A stretch of 64,000 bases of DNA from Bacteroidia bacterium (GCA_038320345.1 JBBQED010000004.1:173155-237154); one strand, 5' to 3'. Counted from the first letter of the stretch, positions 10,125 to 19,381 are shown. Translations and numbers: made by a program. The notes: generated by a model from the letters alone, not told the origin.

Positions 10125-10362
10125 TAATTAACGATATAAGATTTGTCTCATTACTCCGGTAAGTTAAAATAATACACTTATCAATCTCCTAGCATCGATT
10201 ATTTGTACTGCGATCATAACTTTTATGAAATCCGTAAGCTATAGAAATTCACATGAGGCACTTCCGAATTAAGCAAAATGGTAAATCAAGATGCAGCAAA
10301 GTCAGTTCATTCTGCGTTAAAGTTGTATTATAATTCTCCCAACAATTCACACTAAATATTAG

Positions 10363-11523
10363 TTGTTAATGAAGTCTTTAAAAAATATAAATAGGAAATG
10401 GAAAATTCTTTTATTTACAATTTTACTGCTAGTAATTGTTAGAATTTCACTTCCCTACATCCTACTTCATTTTGCAAATAAAACACTTGGTGAATTAAAA
10501 GGTTATTACGGGCACATTGATGATATTGATATTTTCCTCTATAAAGGAGCTTATCAAATCAAAGATTTTTATCTTGACAAAACGGATTCACTTAGTAAGA
10601 AAAATGTCCCTCTAATATCATCTAACAAAATCGATATGTCCATCGAATGGAAATCACTAATCAAAGGAAGATTAGTTGGAGAGATGCATTTTTTTAATCC
10701 CCATTTGAAGTTTACGCGCGATAAAACTGATCCAGCAGCACTTCAAAAAGACTCCAATAACTTCAGAGTTCTTCTAGATAAATTTATGCCGCTCAAAATC
10801 AATAAACTTGAATTCATCAATGGGAAAATTCAATATGTTGATCTCAATTCTACCCCAGTAGTTAATTTAGAACTCATAAAGACTAATTTATTGGCTCAAA
10901 ATCTTCTGAATGTAGAAGATACGGCTATATTACCAGCAACCATACAAGCAAGTGCTGAATTATATCAGGGCAAATTAAATCTCAATATGAAATTTGATCC
11001 TTTAGCAGTGAAGCCTACATTTGATATGAATACCACACTAACGAATACAAATCTACCTGACTTAAACAATTTTTTCAAAGCATATGCAAATTTCGACGTT
11101 AATAAAGGCAACTTTGGATTATACACTGAAATGGCAAGTAAAGACGGCAAATTCGTTGGATATATTAAGCCCATTATTAAAAACCTTGATGTAGTAGGGA
11201 AGGAAGATAAACATGATAGCTTTGTGAATAAGGTTTGGGAAGTCATGGTAGCTTCGGCTGGGATTATTCTTAGAAATCCAAATAAAAATCAAGTTGCTAC
11301 AAAAATCCAAGTGGAAGGTAGAATCGACGGTCCTGCAGTTAATCCTTGGGAAGCAATTGGAAGCTTGCTTAACAATGCTTTTATCCATGCGTTGAGTCCA
11401 GAATTAGAAAATCGTATTTCTCTTTCTTCCATCGATGAAAAAGAGAAGAAAGAAAAGAAAAACATTTTGCAGAAAATATTTGGTAAATCTAAGTCCGAAA
11501 AAAAGAAAGAAAAAGCTAAATAA
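10363..11523 (+). CDS. DUF748-like membrane-anchored protein with a Lys/Glu-rich C-terminal tail
   Basis: An N-terminal TM helix is followed by the GHIDDIDIFLYKGAYQIKDFYLDK motif characteristic of the DUF748/AsmA-like region. The tail is SIDEKEKKEKKNILQKIFGKSKSEKKKEKAK. Confidence 0.45.
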   Translation: MLMKSLKNINRKWKILLFTILLLVIVRISLPYILLHFANKTLGELKGYYGHIDDIDIFLYKGAYQIKDFYLDKTDSLSKKNVPLISSNKIDMSIEWKSLIKGRLVGEMHFFNPHLKFTRDKTDPAALQKDSNNFRVLLDKFMPLKINKLEFINGKIQYVDLNSTPVVNLELIKTNLLAQNLLNVEDTAILPATIQASAELYQGKLNLNMKFDPLAVKPTFDMNTTLTNTNLPDLNNFFKAYANFDVNKGNFGLYTEMASKDGKFVGYIKPIIKNLDVVGKEDKHDSFVNKVWEVMVASAGIILRNPNKNQVATKIQVEGRIDGPAVNPWEAIGSLLNNAFIHALSPELENRISLSSIDEKEKKEKKNILQKIFGKSKSEKKKEKAK

Positions 11524-11739
11524 AAAAACAAGGATACAGAAAAAGCCACCCCAAGTTCCAATTAAATATTTTTCGAAATAAGTTGTATTTCTTTTTCATT
11601 TCAATATAATCAATCACGGTTATTTGCTTTGTACAAATCTTGGTCAACACTTTGGGATCTCGTTAATCCCCTAAAGGGCTATCATAACACCGTTCCAACT
11701 CTACTAATATCCCTTAAAATTCAGAGAACTACTTATTCT

Positions 11740-12360
11740 CTATTTTCGAAAAACTTTATTCAACGCATCTGTTCTTGAATTTACTTGTAATTTTATATAA
11801 ATATTACGGATATGAGTACGGATTGTTTCAGGGCTCAGAAATAGCTGGTCAGCGATTTCTTTATACCGTAATCCTTTGGAGAGCAAAGCCAATATTTCTC
11901 GTTCCCGCTCTGAAAGTTTCTGTAGTTCCACATTATTTTCCTCTGAAAAAGTAAGCACGATTTTCCGTGCTATATGACTACTCATGGGAGAACCTCCTTT
12001 GGAAACATCCAATAAAGCTTCTAGAATTTTAGAAGGTTGAGTCGTTTTAGTCAGGTATCCAGTTGCTCCCGCTTTTAAAGCATTGAAAACAGAATCTGAA
12101 TCTTCAAAAGAAGTAAACATAACAAATTGAGTCAACTTGCAAAGTGGCTTAATCTCACTAATAAAGTCTATACCCGTTTTTCCACTTAAATGAATATCCA
12201 CTAGAACTACATCCAGCTCTAATAATGGCACATTCACAATGGCTTCTTCAGCGCTTTCGAAAGCATGACAACAGGAAAAACCATCGCTTCCATTGATTAA
12301 CAACATCATTCCTTCGCGAATACTTCTTTCGTCTTCTAAAATCCCTATTCTTAAATCCAT
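11740..12360 (-). CDS. NarL/FixJ-family response regulator (REC + LuxR HTH)
   Basis: REC motifs (ILEDE..., DVVLVDIHLSGKTG, TSFEDSD, KAGATGYLTK) are followed by the LuxR HTH (LSEREREILALLSKGLRYKEIADQLFLSPETIRTHIRNIYIKLQV). Confidence 0.9.
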   Translation of the reverse strand: MDLRIGILEDERSIREGMMLLINGSDGFSCCHAFESAEEAIVNVPLLELDVVLVDIHLSGKTGIDFISEIKPLCKLTQFVMFTSFEDSDSVFNALKAGATGYLTKTTQPSKILEALLDVSKGGSPMSSHIARKIVLTFSEENNVELQKLSEREREILALLSKGLRYKEIADQLFLSPETIRTHIRNIYIKLQVNSRTDALNKVFRK

Positions 12361-12411
12361 GATTCAAATGTATTTATCATTGATTAATAAACTATCACAT
12401 GAAAGTAGTAA

Positions 12412-14658
12412 TTATGAAACCACCAGTTTATCTACCGGCACAAGAATACAAACTATCACTCCTCCTGAACTATTCTTCCCGATGGAAAATTCCCCACCGA
12501 TGCCGATAATTCTATTCGTCATATTACTAATTCCATTCCCTCTAGCAACTTCATTTACAATAAGTCCGATTCCGTTATCTATAATATGAACAATGAAGCC
12601 TTCATTTTTTATTTCAATCAACATGGAAACCATAGTAGCTTGAGAATGCTTTACTATATTATTCAGACATTCTTTGACGGTCATAAATATTTCTCTGTAA
12701 CTTTCTTTCGAAAGTACAAGATCAGGAGTATGCTCAGGAAAATCAAATTGAATATTCATAGGAAACTCTTCCAGATAATCTGAAGCGAATTCACGTATGC
12801 GTGCTACAAGATTCTCCAAAGTAGTATTCTCTGGATTCAATGTCCATATCAGATCCCGCATATTATCTACAAGATCCTTTGAAGTTTCACTGATTGATAA
12901 GACCTTCTCTGTATTAGATGGGGAAAGCGCATTACTACTCACTAATAAGCTGCTTAAAAAACTAATTTTAGAAAGACCGGATCCTACATCATCATGCAGA
13001 TCACGAGCAAACCGTATTCTTTCCTTCTCTTCCGTTCTCTTAACAACAGCTGCTTTTTCAAGAACGAGCGCCAACTTTTGACGTTGAGTAGCCAAATATA
13101 TTACGAAACCTAAAAGTAAAACGATTATTACTCCAGAAATAATAATGGTGTTACGACGATTAATTTGATTTTGTTGGTCGCTAATCTCTAATGATTTGAT
13201 CCTATCATTTTGCTGCAAGGAATTTAGAACCACCTGTTGTTTCTCTGATTCATATTTATCCTGTAATTCCGCAAGCTGTCGGGTATAGGCAAGTGGTTGT
13301 AGGGTATCTTTTAAATGGTAAGCTTCCAGCAAATTTATATAGGCAGAATCAGTATTTCGTATACTATAAAAAACCTCAGACAATGATTTTCGGCAATCCA
13401 TAATTGTAGTTTTATGATTGATACTGTTAGCGAGGTCTAAAGCTTTATTTAAAAAAATAATAGCTTTTCCATACTGCTCCAATTCCCCATAAATGTCACC
13501 CAATTGTTGAAAGGTAGTGGACTCAATTAATTTATAATCTCCACCTTGAATTGTAGTCAGCGTGAGATTCGCAAAATAAATTGATTGTTGTAGTTCATTT
13601 TTTTCAAGAAAAACTCTACTCAAATTCGCATAACAAATAGCAATTCCATTACTATCACCAAGCAGCCGATAATTCTTTAATGCCCTATTATAATACAATA
13701 ATGCACTATCATCTATGGCATTCATATACCAGGCATTTCCGATATGAACTTCGGATATAGCAATGCCTGCAAGATGATGGATAGATTTAAAAATAACCAA
13801 ACTTGCCTGATGAACTTCTAAAGCTTTATCATACAATCGCTGCGATTTCAAAATCTCGCCTTTAAGATCAAGTGACAAAGCCCTGCCTTCCATATTTGCA
13901 GAATTTTCAAAAATCCGTGAGGATTCTTCACTAACTGTTATTGCATTTTTCGATTCGCCTGAACGAAGGTAGACTCTTGCTAATTGGTTTAATTCGAAAC
14001 CAGCTCGAAGTTGATTTCCTATGTTTTGGAAAATGTGAATTGCTTTTTCGAAATTCACTTTGGAAGAATCAAAGCTACTTAGGAGATAATACGTCATGCC
14101 TTTTGCGGCAAAGATTTCAGCCCAGCTTGCTGAGTCCATCCGAGCTTTAAAGTCAGTTTCTAAATTTGTAAGATTTGACAAAGCAGAATTACTTTGGTTA
14201 GTTCGTGCTTTCACAATACTTTCCAAACAAACGGCTCTGATAATTCGATTAGTGTCGCTGGCATTAATTGCAATTCGCTTAGCATTTCTTGCAGAAAGTA
14301 AAGCCTCCGCTAAATTTTTATTAAGACTATTTTCCGCTGACCTAAGTAAAGAATCAATCCTAGAATTCAACAAAACAGTACTGTTATTTGCTTGAGAATT
14401 GCCTGGGTGTGAATTCAGAAACATTAGAACTAAAAACAAAATAAGATACTTCACCCCTTTTCTATAACTCATAGTACTTGCAATTTCGGATAAGATACAA
14501 AAGATAGCAGCAATTATTTTTAAGCGCTCAATAACACTGTTGCTTAATGCTTTATGAGATATAAGTCGAAATAAATCAGAACTTCTTAAATAGAAATCAC
14601 TTTTAAAGACGCTACGATCCTGCCAAATTGTACAGTTTAACCTTCGCTTATTATGCAA
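12412..14658 (-). CDS. TPR-repeat sensor histidine kinase (NarX/DegS type: HisKA_3 + HATPase_c), partner of the adjacent LuxR regulator
   Basis: An N-terminal signal/TM segment and multiple TPR-like repeats are followed by a TM helix, a coiled coil, the H-box ARDLHDDVGSGLS and the ATPase motifs (IIDNGIGL, GNGISNM). The likely true start is the ATG at 14472 (MSYRKGVKYLILFLVLMF...). Confidence 0.85.
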   Translation of the reverse strand: MHNKRRLNCTIWQDRSVFKSDFYLRSSDLFRLISHKALSNSVIERLKIIAAIFCILSEIASTMSYRKGVKYLILFLVLMFLNSHPGNSQANNSTVLLNSRIDSLLRSAENSLNKNLAEALLSARNAKRIAINASDTNRIIRAVCLESIVKARTNQSNSALSNLTNLETDFKARMDSASWAEIFAAKGMTYYLLSSFDSSKVNFEKAIHIFQNIGNQLRAGFELNQLARVYLRSGESKNAITVSEESSRIFENSANMEGRALSLDLKGEILKSQRLYDKALEVHQASLVIFKSIHHLAGIAISEVHIGNAWYMNAIDDSALLYYNRALKNYRLLGDSNGIAICYANLSRVFLEKNELQQSIYFANLTLTTIQGGDYKLIESTTFQQLGDIYGELEQYGKAIIFLNKALDLANSINHKTTIMDCRKSLSEVFYSIRNTDSAYINLLEAYHLKDTLQPLAYTRQLAELQDKYESEKQQVVLNSLQQNDRIKSLEISDQQNQINRRNTIIISGVIIVLLLGFVIYLATQRQKLALVLEKAAVVKRTEEKERIRFARDLHDDVGSGLSKISFLSSLLVSSNALSPSNTEKVLSISETSKDLVDNMRDLIWTLNPENTTLENLVARIREFASDYLEEFPMNIQFDFPEHTPDLVLSKESYREIFMTVKECLNNIVKHSQATMVSMLIEIKNEGFIVHIIDNGIGLIVNEVARGNGISNMTNRIIGIGGEFSIGKNSSGGVIVCILVPVDKLVVS

Positions 14659-15017
14659 AAGAATCTAGGAAAAAGGGGTCATCCAAGATTTCTCGCTAGA
14701 ATCAAATTCACACTAAAGTAGTAGTGAGCCATTCCGCATAACTCATCAAAGTAAGTAAGCCATAAAAAATCTAACCCTTTTTTATAGAAAGACTCACCTT
14801 CTGAACTAACTGTTTTATTCACCTGCAAGTCTTCTTGATACTATGTGCTGCTTAGATAATTCACTGAAATTAAAGATTCACATTTAAGTAGTATAAACCA
14901 GGTCTTGTTCTTTTAAAAGGAGGTGATACTTTTAAGAAATGAAAAGTGGAACCGTTTATCACAATAAAAACGGGGCAATACCGGGAAGCCGAAGTTCCGG
15001 GAAAAAAAGAAATCCAT

Positions 15018-16643
15018 ATGAAAAGAATTCTCCAATTCAGTATTTGCATCGTGTTATTAACTTCAATAGTTAATGCACAAGAGCTAAAAGAAGTAGTACA
15101 GCCCTTAACATCAAAAGCAGCCAATGGTTATGTTTATGATATCAGAAAAGATGAAGCGGGAGTATCATTTGTAACGTATAAAATAAAAGGCGCCAAAAAA
15201 TCTGAAGAAGTATTTTATGAAGAATATAGTTTTGACAGTAATTTAAAATTTTTAGGCAGCAAGGATGTACAGGAAAAGAAAGAGCAAAAGGAAGATATTC
15301 AAAGGACATACTATTCTGCTTATGTTGGAGGAACGACCTCTTTCGATGTTCTCAGTATGAAATTAAAGCTTAACAAGGTAGTTCAGCTTCTAACTTGGAA
15401 TCATGAAAAACAAAAATATATTGCAAAAAAAACTATCTCCCGAGAGAATGTGAAACCCAGAAATGATGCTGGAAGAGTATATAACGGTTATGCCTCATAT
15501 AGTTCGGATATAGAAACTGAAAGTGATGTATTTACGATTGCTAAAGTAGAATCAAAGGATAAAAATCAAGCGGACAAATTCTTAATTCTAATGTTCAATG
15601 ATCAGCTAGAGATCAAAGAAAAGCCCATTGAAATGTCTGGGAACTACTCATTAGTATATTGTGATCACATGAAAAGTAACCATGTAATTGCAATCTTTGC
15701 TCCTGAAAAAGGGAATGGAGATCCATCCAACTACCTCTTCTTTGAATTCGATATCCAAGGAAATATTCTCAACAAAATTCCATTTAAGAGTCCGGCATCC
15801 GCTCTCCTATTGACTGCTGCATATGAAAATAATGGAAGTATTTATTTATTCGGAACTTCTGCCAAGTCCACTGAATCATTTGAAAAAGTATTCCACGAAT
15901 ATGCGCCAATATTTAATCCTGGCTACACAGAAGGTGGTGATAATCTAGTAGATTTTAAATGGAGAAAATCGCTAGAAGAAAGAATGGAAAATTTCCACCT
16001 CTTAAAATTCACTGGTAATCAAATGGTATTTTCTTCAACTACTCCTGTTGATGAATTCAAAAGTAAATTCAAAACTGCTCCTGGTGATAAAGGTGCAAGC
16101 CCTTATAAAGGAAAACGATTTATGATCGAAAACTTTTTCGTAACCCCTTCAGAAGATTATCTGCTAGCAGGACAATTAACGAGTACTGTTAATTTGGGAA
16201 CAGGAAATAAAGTTGATTCCTATGAAGATATAGTATGTTTCCAATTTGATGGGAAAGGAGCGTTGAAAGCACAATACGGTCTTGGAAAGATTAATAATGA
16301 TAAAAAGAGTGAGATTTTTCAGATGTTTCAAAATTTATATTTGTCACCTGATGGCAAAAGTATTTATTGGGAAATCCTAGAAGTAAAAGGGACGAAGGGT
16401 TATGAAGATTTTCTATCAGCATACTATGGGGTACCATCATTCTATCCTTTATACTATCCAAGAGTAGGCAAGATTGACCTAGGATCCACTTCATTAACTG
16501 CGTTTAAATCGATGGGAGAAGGAAAATACTATTTGAAAAGAGCTTTCACCAGTACCTTTGATCCTAAAGAAGGTACTGTAACTTATTTTGGTCATGATGA
16601 GGACTACAAAAAACTATGGATCGGAAAATTAATGATCCAATAA
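15018..16643 (+). CDS. Hypothetical secreted protein (~541 aa)
   Basis: MKRILQFSICIVLLTSIVNAQ is a signal peptide at the internal ATG 15018, whereas the ORF-track start at 14946 lacks one. Large globular composition with no recognised catalytic motif. Confidence 0.5.
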   Translation: MKRILQFSICIVLLTSIVNAQELKEVVQPLTSKAANGYVYDIRKDEAGVSFVTYKIKGAKKSEEVFYEEYSFDSNLKFLGSKDVQEKKEQKEDIQRTYYSAYVGGTTSFDVLSMKLKLNKVVQLLTWNHEKQKYIAKKTISRENVKPRNDAGRVYNGYASYSSDIETESDVFTIAKVESKDKNQADKFLILMFNDQLEIKEKPIEMSGNYSLVYCDHMKSNHVIAIFAPEKGNGDPSNYLFFEFDIQGNILNKIPFKSPASALLLTAAYENNGSIYLFGTSAKSTESFEKVFHEYAPIFNPGYTEGGDNLVDFKWRKSLEERMENFHLLKFTGNQMVFSSTTPVDEFKSKFKTAPGDKGASPYKGKRFMIENFFVTPSEDYLLAGQLTSTVNLGTGNKVDSYEDIVCFQFDGKGALKAQYGLGKINNDKKSEIFQMFQNLYLSPDGKSIYWEILEVKGTKGYEDFLSAYYGVPSFYPLYYPRVGKIDLGSTSLTAFKSMGEGKYYLKRAFTSTFDPKEGTVTYFGHDEDYKKLWIGKLMIQ

Positions 16644-16668
16644 AGAACGTTATCCGAAGACTTTAAAA

Positions 16669-16712
16669 AAGGCCTCATGAAAATTAATTCATGAGGCCTT
16701 AATATTTTTTTT
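16669..16712. terminator. Bidirectional intrinsic terminator between two convergent genes
   Basis: A perfect 13-bp stem aaggcctcatgaa / ttcatgaggcctt has an aattaa loop and is flanked by a T-run (ttaatatttttttt) on the plus strand and an A-run on the minus strand. Confidence 0.75.
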
Positions 16713-16728
16713 AAAATGATTGAAATTA

Positions 16729-17157
16729 CTAAGCTGGAATACTGAAATGCTCTCTAACTTTAGCTACCATTTGATTTTCCGTGAGCTTGTCGGTACTTTC
16801 AACTTTAATATGCTTAAGTTTAAAATGCTGATCTTCTGTCAAGATATTATTTAGTTCATCCTTTGCTTTCGTAGGGCCGAATAAAAAGATCGTATCATAT
16901 TCACGAAGACGATCCGCTAAAATTTTATAATAATGATGCATGATATCTTGCTCACGATTGTGCTTTTGATGCTCGTTATTTGTAGAGCGGTTATTCCCCA
17001 GACTCATACCATCACCAGATTCACCGGGAGTACGTAATTGTGATTCCTGTGAAGAGTGCACTGTTGTAATTGTAGCAGGCTCTGTAGTGATATCAATAAA
17101 ATGGGCATCTGCATGATCAAGACATAATCCGATTTTACCTTCAAAATGATTTTTCAT
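16729..17157 (-). CDS. Hypothetical protein (142 aa)
   Basis: ORF with a His-rich central patch (NNEHQKHNREQDIMHHYY). Its stop abuts the shared terminator. No family recognised. Confidence 0.4.
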   Translation of the reverse strand: MKNHFEGKIGLCLDHADAHFIDITTEPATITTVHSSQESQLRTPGESGDGMSLGNNRSTNNEHQKHNREQDIMHHYYKILADRLREYDTIFLFGPTKAKDELNNILTEDQHFKLKHIKVESTDKLTENQMVAKVREHFSIPA

Positions 17158-17506
17158 AGTTTTTAGATTTAAAAATTTAACGTAGATATATTTAAAAAGA
17201 ATTTAAGCGAAAAGACAAATGAATTTTAGCTTTCTTTAAGAGTAAAGTTAACTTAAATAATGCATAAAACGTCCTTTTTTATTAGAATCTGATTAAGATA
17301 GTCATGAAAATCATTTAAGTGTAGCAGTGATCGTCTTTCATAGCTTAAAATAGATTCAGAAAATCATCCATTATAGCCAATTTAAAATATTGCATAAAAG
17401 TTGAAACATACTTTTGAACCCGTTCAGCGCTTTAAATGCCGTCTCGGGCAATTATTATTTTCCTAAAGATTATCTATGTAATACTTTTAATTCAACAAAC
17501 TACATT

Positions 17507-17926
17507 ATGAAAACGTCAATCATTAGTTTATTCGCTGTAATTCTGGTTGCCATCACCGTTTTGCAAAGTTGCAAAAAAGATGATAATAGTCAATCAACGG
17601 CATCCACAGCAACCATCCTAAACGAAGGAACTTGGAGGGTAAGTTACTACCATGATAATAGTAGCGATCATACTAGTGAATTTACCGGTTACTCATTCAC
17701 ATTTTTCGCTGCAGGAACAATGAGTTCAATGTGCAACGGTATAATGAATACCGGTACATGGAGTTGCGATGACAGTAGCAAAGAATTTCATTGTAATATT
17801 GGAAGTACAAGTCCCTTGAGCGACCTTGACAAAGGATGGATGCTTACTTCAAAAACCAATAACGAAATCATCCTCAAAGATGATAATTCGGGGAGTTTAG
17901 AAGAACTTCATCTTACAAAAAATTAA
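17507..17926 (+). CDS. Hypothetical lipoprotein
   Basis: The internal start MKTSIISLFAVILVAITVLQSCKKDD provides a lipobox (LQSC). The ORF-track start at 17414 precedes the signal peptide. Confidence 0.5.
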   Translation: MKTSIISLFAVILVAITVLQSCKKDDNSQSTASTATILNEGTWRVSYYHDNSSDHTSEFTGYSFTFFAAGTMSSMCNGIMNTGTWSCDDSSKEFHCNIGSTSPLSDLDKGWMLTSKTNNEIILKDDNSGSLEELHLTKN

Positions 17927-17965
17927 TTTTTGGGATTAGACCATTTCCATTACACAATTCCAATA

Positions 17966-18467
17966 CTGCTGAATTCTGACAATCGCAATTTCTTTTCGAA
18001 AATATTTTTCGTTAGCTAGAAGGGAATGACTTTTCTGCTAAATTGTATTCCTTCGGAAATGTTTTTCGACCCAGCTAGAAGGGAATTACTTTTCTGCTAA
18101 ATTGTTTTCCTTCGAAAATGTTTTTCGTTAGCTAAAAGAGAATGACTTTTCTGCTAAATTGTTTTCCTTCGGAAATGTTTTTCGTTATCTAAAAGAGAAT
18201 TACTTTTCTGCTAAATTGTATTCCTTCGAAAATGTTTTTCGTTAGCTAAACGAGAATGACTTTTCTGCTAAATTGTATTCCTTCGAAAATGTTTTTCGTT
18301 AGCTAAAAGAGAATTACTTTTCTGCTAAATTGTTTTCCTTCGGAAATGTTTTTCGTTAACTAGAAGAGAATGACTTTGCTTCTGAATTGTATTCCTTCGG
18401 AAATGTTTTTCGTTAGCTAGAAGAGAATGACTTTTCTGCTAAATTGTATTCCTTCGGAAATGTTTTT
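17966..18467 (+). repeat. Noncoding tandem array of ten ~57-bp direct repeats. The consensus is ctgctaaattgtattccttcggaaatgtttttcgttagctagaagagaatgactttt, with a degenerate first copy and point polymorphisms between copies.
   Basis: Read directly from the sequence. Units begin at about 17966, 18035, 18092, 18149, 18206, 18263, 18320, 18377, 18434 and run into the terminal palindrome. All six frames of the unit contain stop codons. Confidence 0.9.
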
Positions 18468-18516
18468 CGACCCGGCTAGAAGGGAGTCACTTCGTGCCTC
18501 CCTTCTAGCCGGGTCG
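18468..18516. repeat. Perfect 19-bp inverted repeat (hairpin/palindrome) closing the tandem array
   Basis: cgacccggctagaagggag (18468-18486), loop tcacttcgtgc, ctcccttctagccgggtcg (18498-18516). The left arm is the variant end of a repeat unit (compare unit 2, cgacccagctagaaggg). Confidence 0.9.
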
Positions 18517-18524
18517 GGAATACG

Positions 18525-18556
18525 AAAACCAACCCTACGGGTTTGTTTTATTTTTT
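18525..18556 (+). terminator. Rho-independent terminator on the plus strand, downstream of the repeat array
   Basis: Stem aaaccaaccc / gggtttgttt (one mismatch) with a tac loop, followed by tatttttt. Confidence 0.55.
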
Positions 18557-18582
18557 AAAAATTTTCCTTAAAGCAAGCTTTG

Positions 18583-18629
18583 GAAAATTTTTTAAAAATA
18601 AAACCACAACTTTCGTTGTGGTTTTCGGT
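18583..18629 (-). terminator. Intrinsic terminator for tRNA-Arg on the minus strand
   Basis: On the plus strand this reads aaaccacaac tttcg ttgtggtttt, a 10-bp stem. On the minus strand it is followed by tatttttaaaaaatttt. Confidence 0.6.
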
Positions 18630-18638
18630 ATTCACCAG

Positions 18639-18712
18639 TGCACCCGAAGGGAGTCGAACCCCTAACCAACAGTCCCGGAAACTGTCATTCTATCCAATTG
18701 AACTACGGGTGC
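18639..18712 (-). tRNA. tRNA-Arg (anticodon CCG)
   Basis: The reverse complement gives GCACCCGTAGTTCAATTGGATAGAATGACAGTTTCCGGGACTGTTGGTTAGGGGTTCGACTCCCTTCGGGTGCA. It has a 7-bp acceptor stem GCACCCG/CGGGTGC, a D-arm, the anticodon loop TTCCGGG and a T-arm GGTTCGA. CCA is not encoded. Confidence 0.85.
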
Positions 18713-18828
18713 AATATTTATATCAATCGACTTTCTCTTTTTACTGTATTGATTTTGAGTAATTTAAAAGAATTTTAAATGCTCTTTTTCTTAATAGTTC
18801 GACAAAATTAATGCTTTTAACGTTTGTC

Positions 18829-18836
18829 TACCTTTG
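18829..18836 (+). promoter_or_regulatory. Bacteroidota sigma-A -7 box (TAnnTTTG) in the tacctttgcac variant, upstream of the thioesterase gene
   Basis: tctacctttgcactg lies 23 bp upstream of the ATG at 18860. The same tacctttgcac word recurs at 22326 and 42861 in front of other genes. Confidence 0.5.
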
Positions 18837-18859
18837 CACTGTTAAAACAATTGTTTGCT

Positions 18860-19381
18860 ATGAAACCTAAAAATCCTAAAGACAGTCTTGCAATTCATAC
18901 TGAAATCGTACTTCCAAATGATACTAACGTACTGGGTAACCTGATGGGTGGTCGTTTGCTTCATTGGATGGATATCACTTCCGCCATCGCTGCTCATCGT
19001 CATTGCAGTCGTATCGTTGTTACTGCTTCTGTAAATAATGTTTCTTTTAATCAACCTATCAAATTAGGTGATGTGGTAACACTTCAAGCAAAAGTATCTC
19101 GCTCTTTCAATTCTTCTATGGAAGTTTTTATTGATGTATGGGTAGAAGATAATATGCGGAATATTAAAATCAAATGCAATGAAGCAATCTTCACTTTTGT
19201 TGCAGTTGATCAACTAGGTCAGCCGATTAATGTTCCTGAATTGATTCCAGAAACAGAAGAAGAAAAATCTAGATGGGAAGGTGCACTTCGTCGTCGTCAG
19301 TTATCATTAATATTAGCAGGTAAAATGAAGCCCGCAGATGCTACTGAATTGAAAGCACTCTTTATGGGAGCAGACGCTTAA
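18860..19381 (+). CDS. Acyl-CoA thioesterase (hotdog fold, YciA/cytosolic acyl-CoA hydrolase family)
   Basis: HTEIVLPNDTNVLGNLMGGRLLHWMDITSAIAAHRH...IVVTASVNNVSFNQPIKLGDVV is the characteristic 4HBT-type thioesterase core. The start was chosen at MKPKNPKD (ATG 18860) rather than the ORF-track 18824. Confidence 0.8.
   Translation: MKPKNPKDSLAIHTEIVLPNDTNVLGNLMGGRLLHWMDITSAIAAHRHCSRIVVTASVNNVSFNQPIKLGDVVTLQAKVSRSFNSSMEVFIDVWVEDNMRNIKIKCNEAIFTFVAVDQLGQPINVPELIPETEEEKSRWEGALRRRQLSLILAGKMKPADATELKALFMGADA

Noticed and set aside
10965-11561. Three minus-strand ORFs opposite the DUF748 gene
   Set aside because: They are antisense to a protein-like plus-strand ORF and have no start context or motifs.
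12293-14395. Plus-strand ORFs 12293-12589, 12586-12783, 12797-13081, 13941-14150 and 14096-14395 within the TPR kinase / LuxR region
   Set aside because: They are antisense to strongly supported kinase and regulator genes.
17966-18516. The tandem repeats as a CRISPR array
   Set aside because: The whole 57-bp unit repeats with only point differences. There are no unique spacer segments between conserved repeats and no cas genes anywhere in the window.
18580-18762. 60-aa plus-strand ORF
   Set aside because: It overlaps tRNA-Arg and its terminator hairpin, has low-complexity composition, and is almost certainly not coding.
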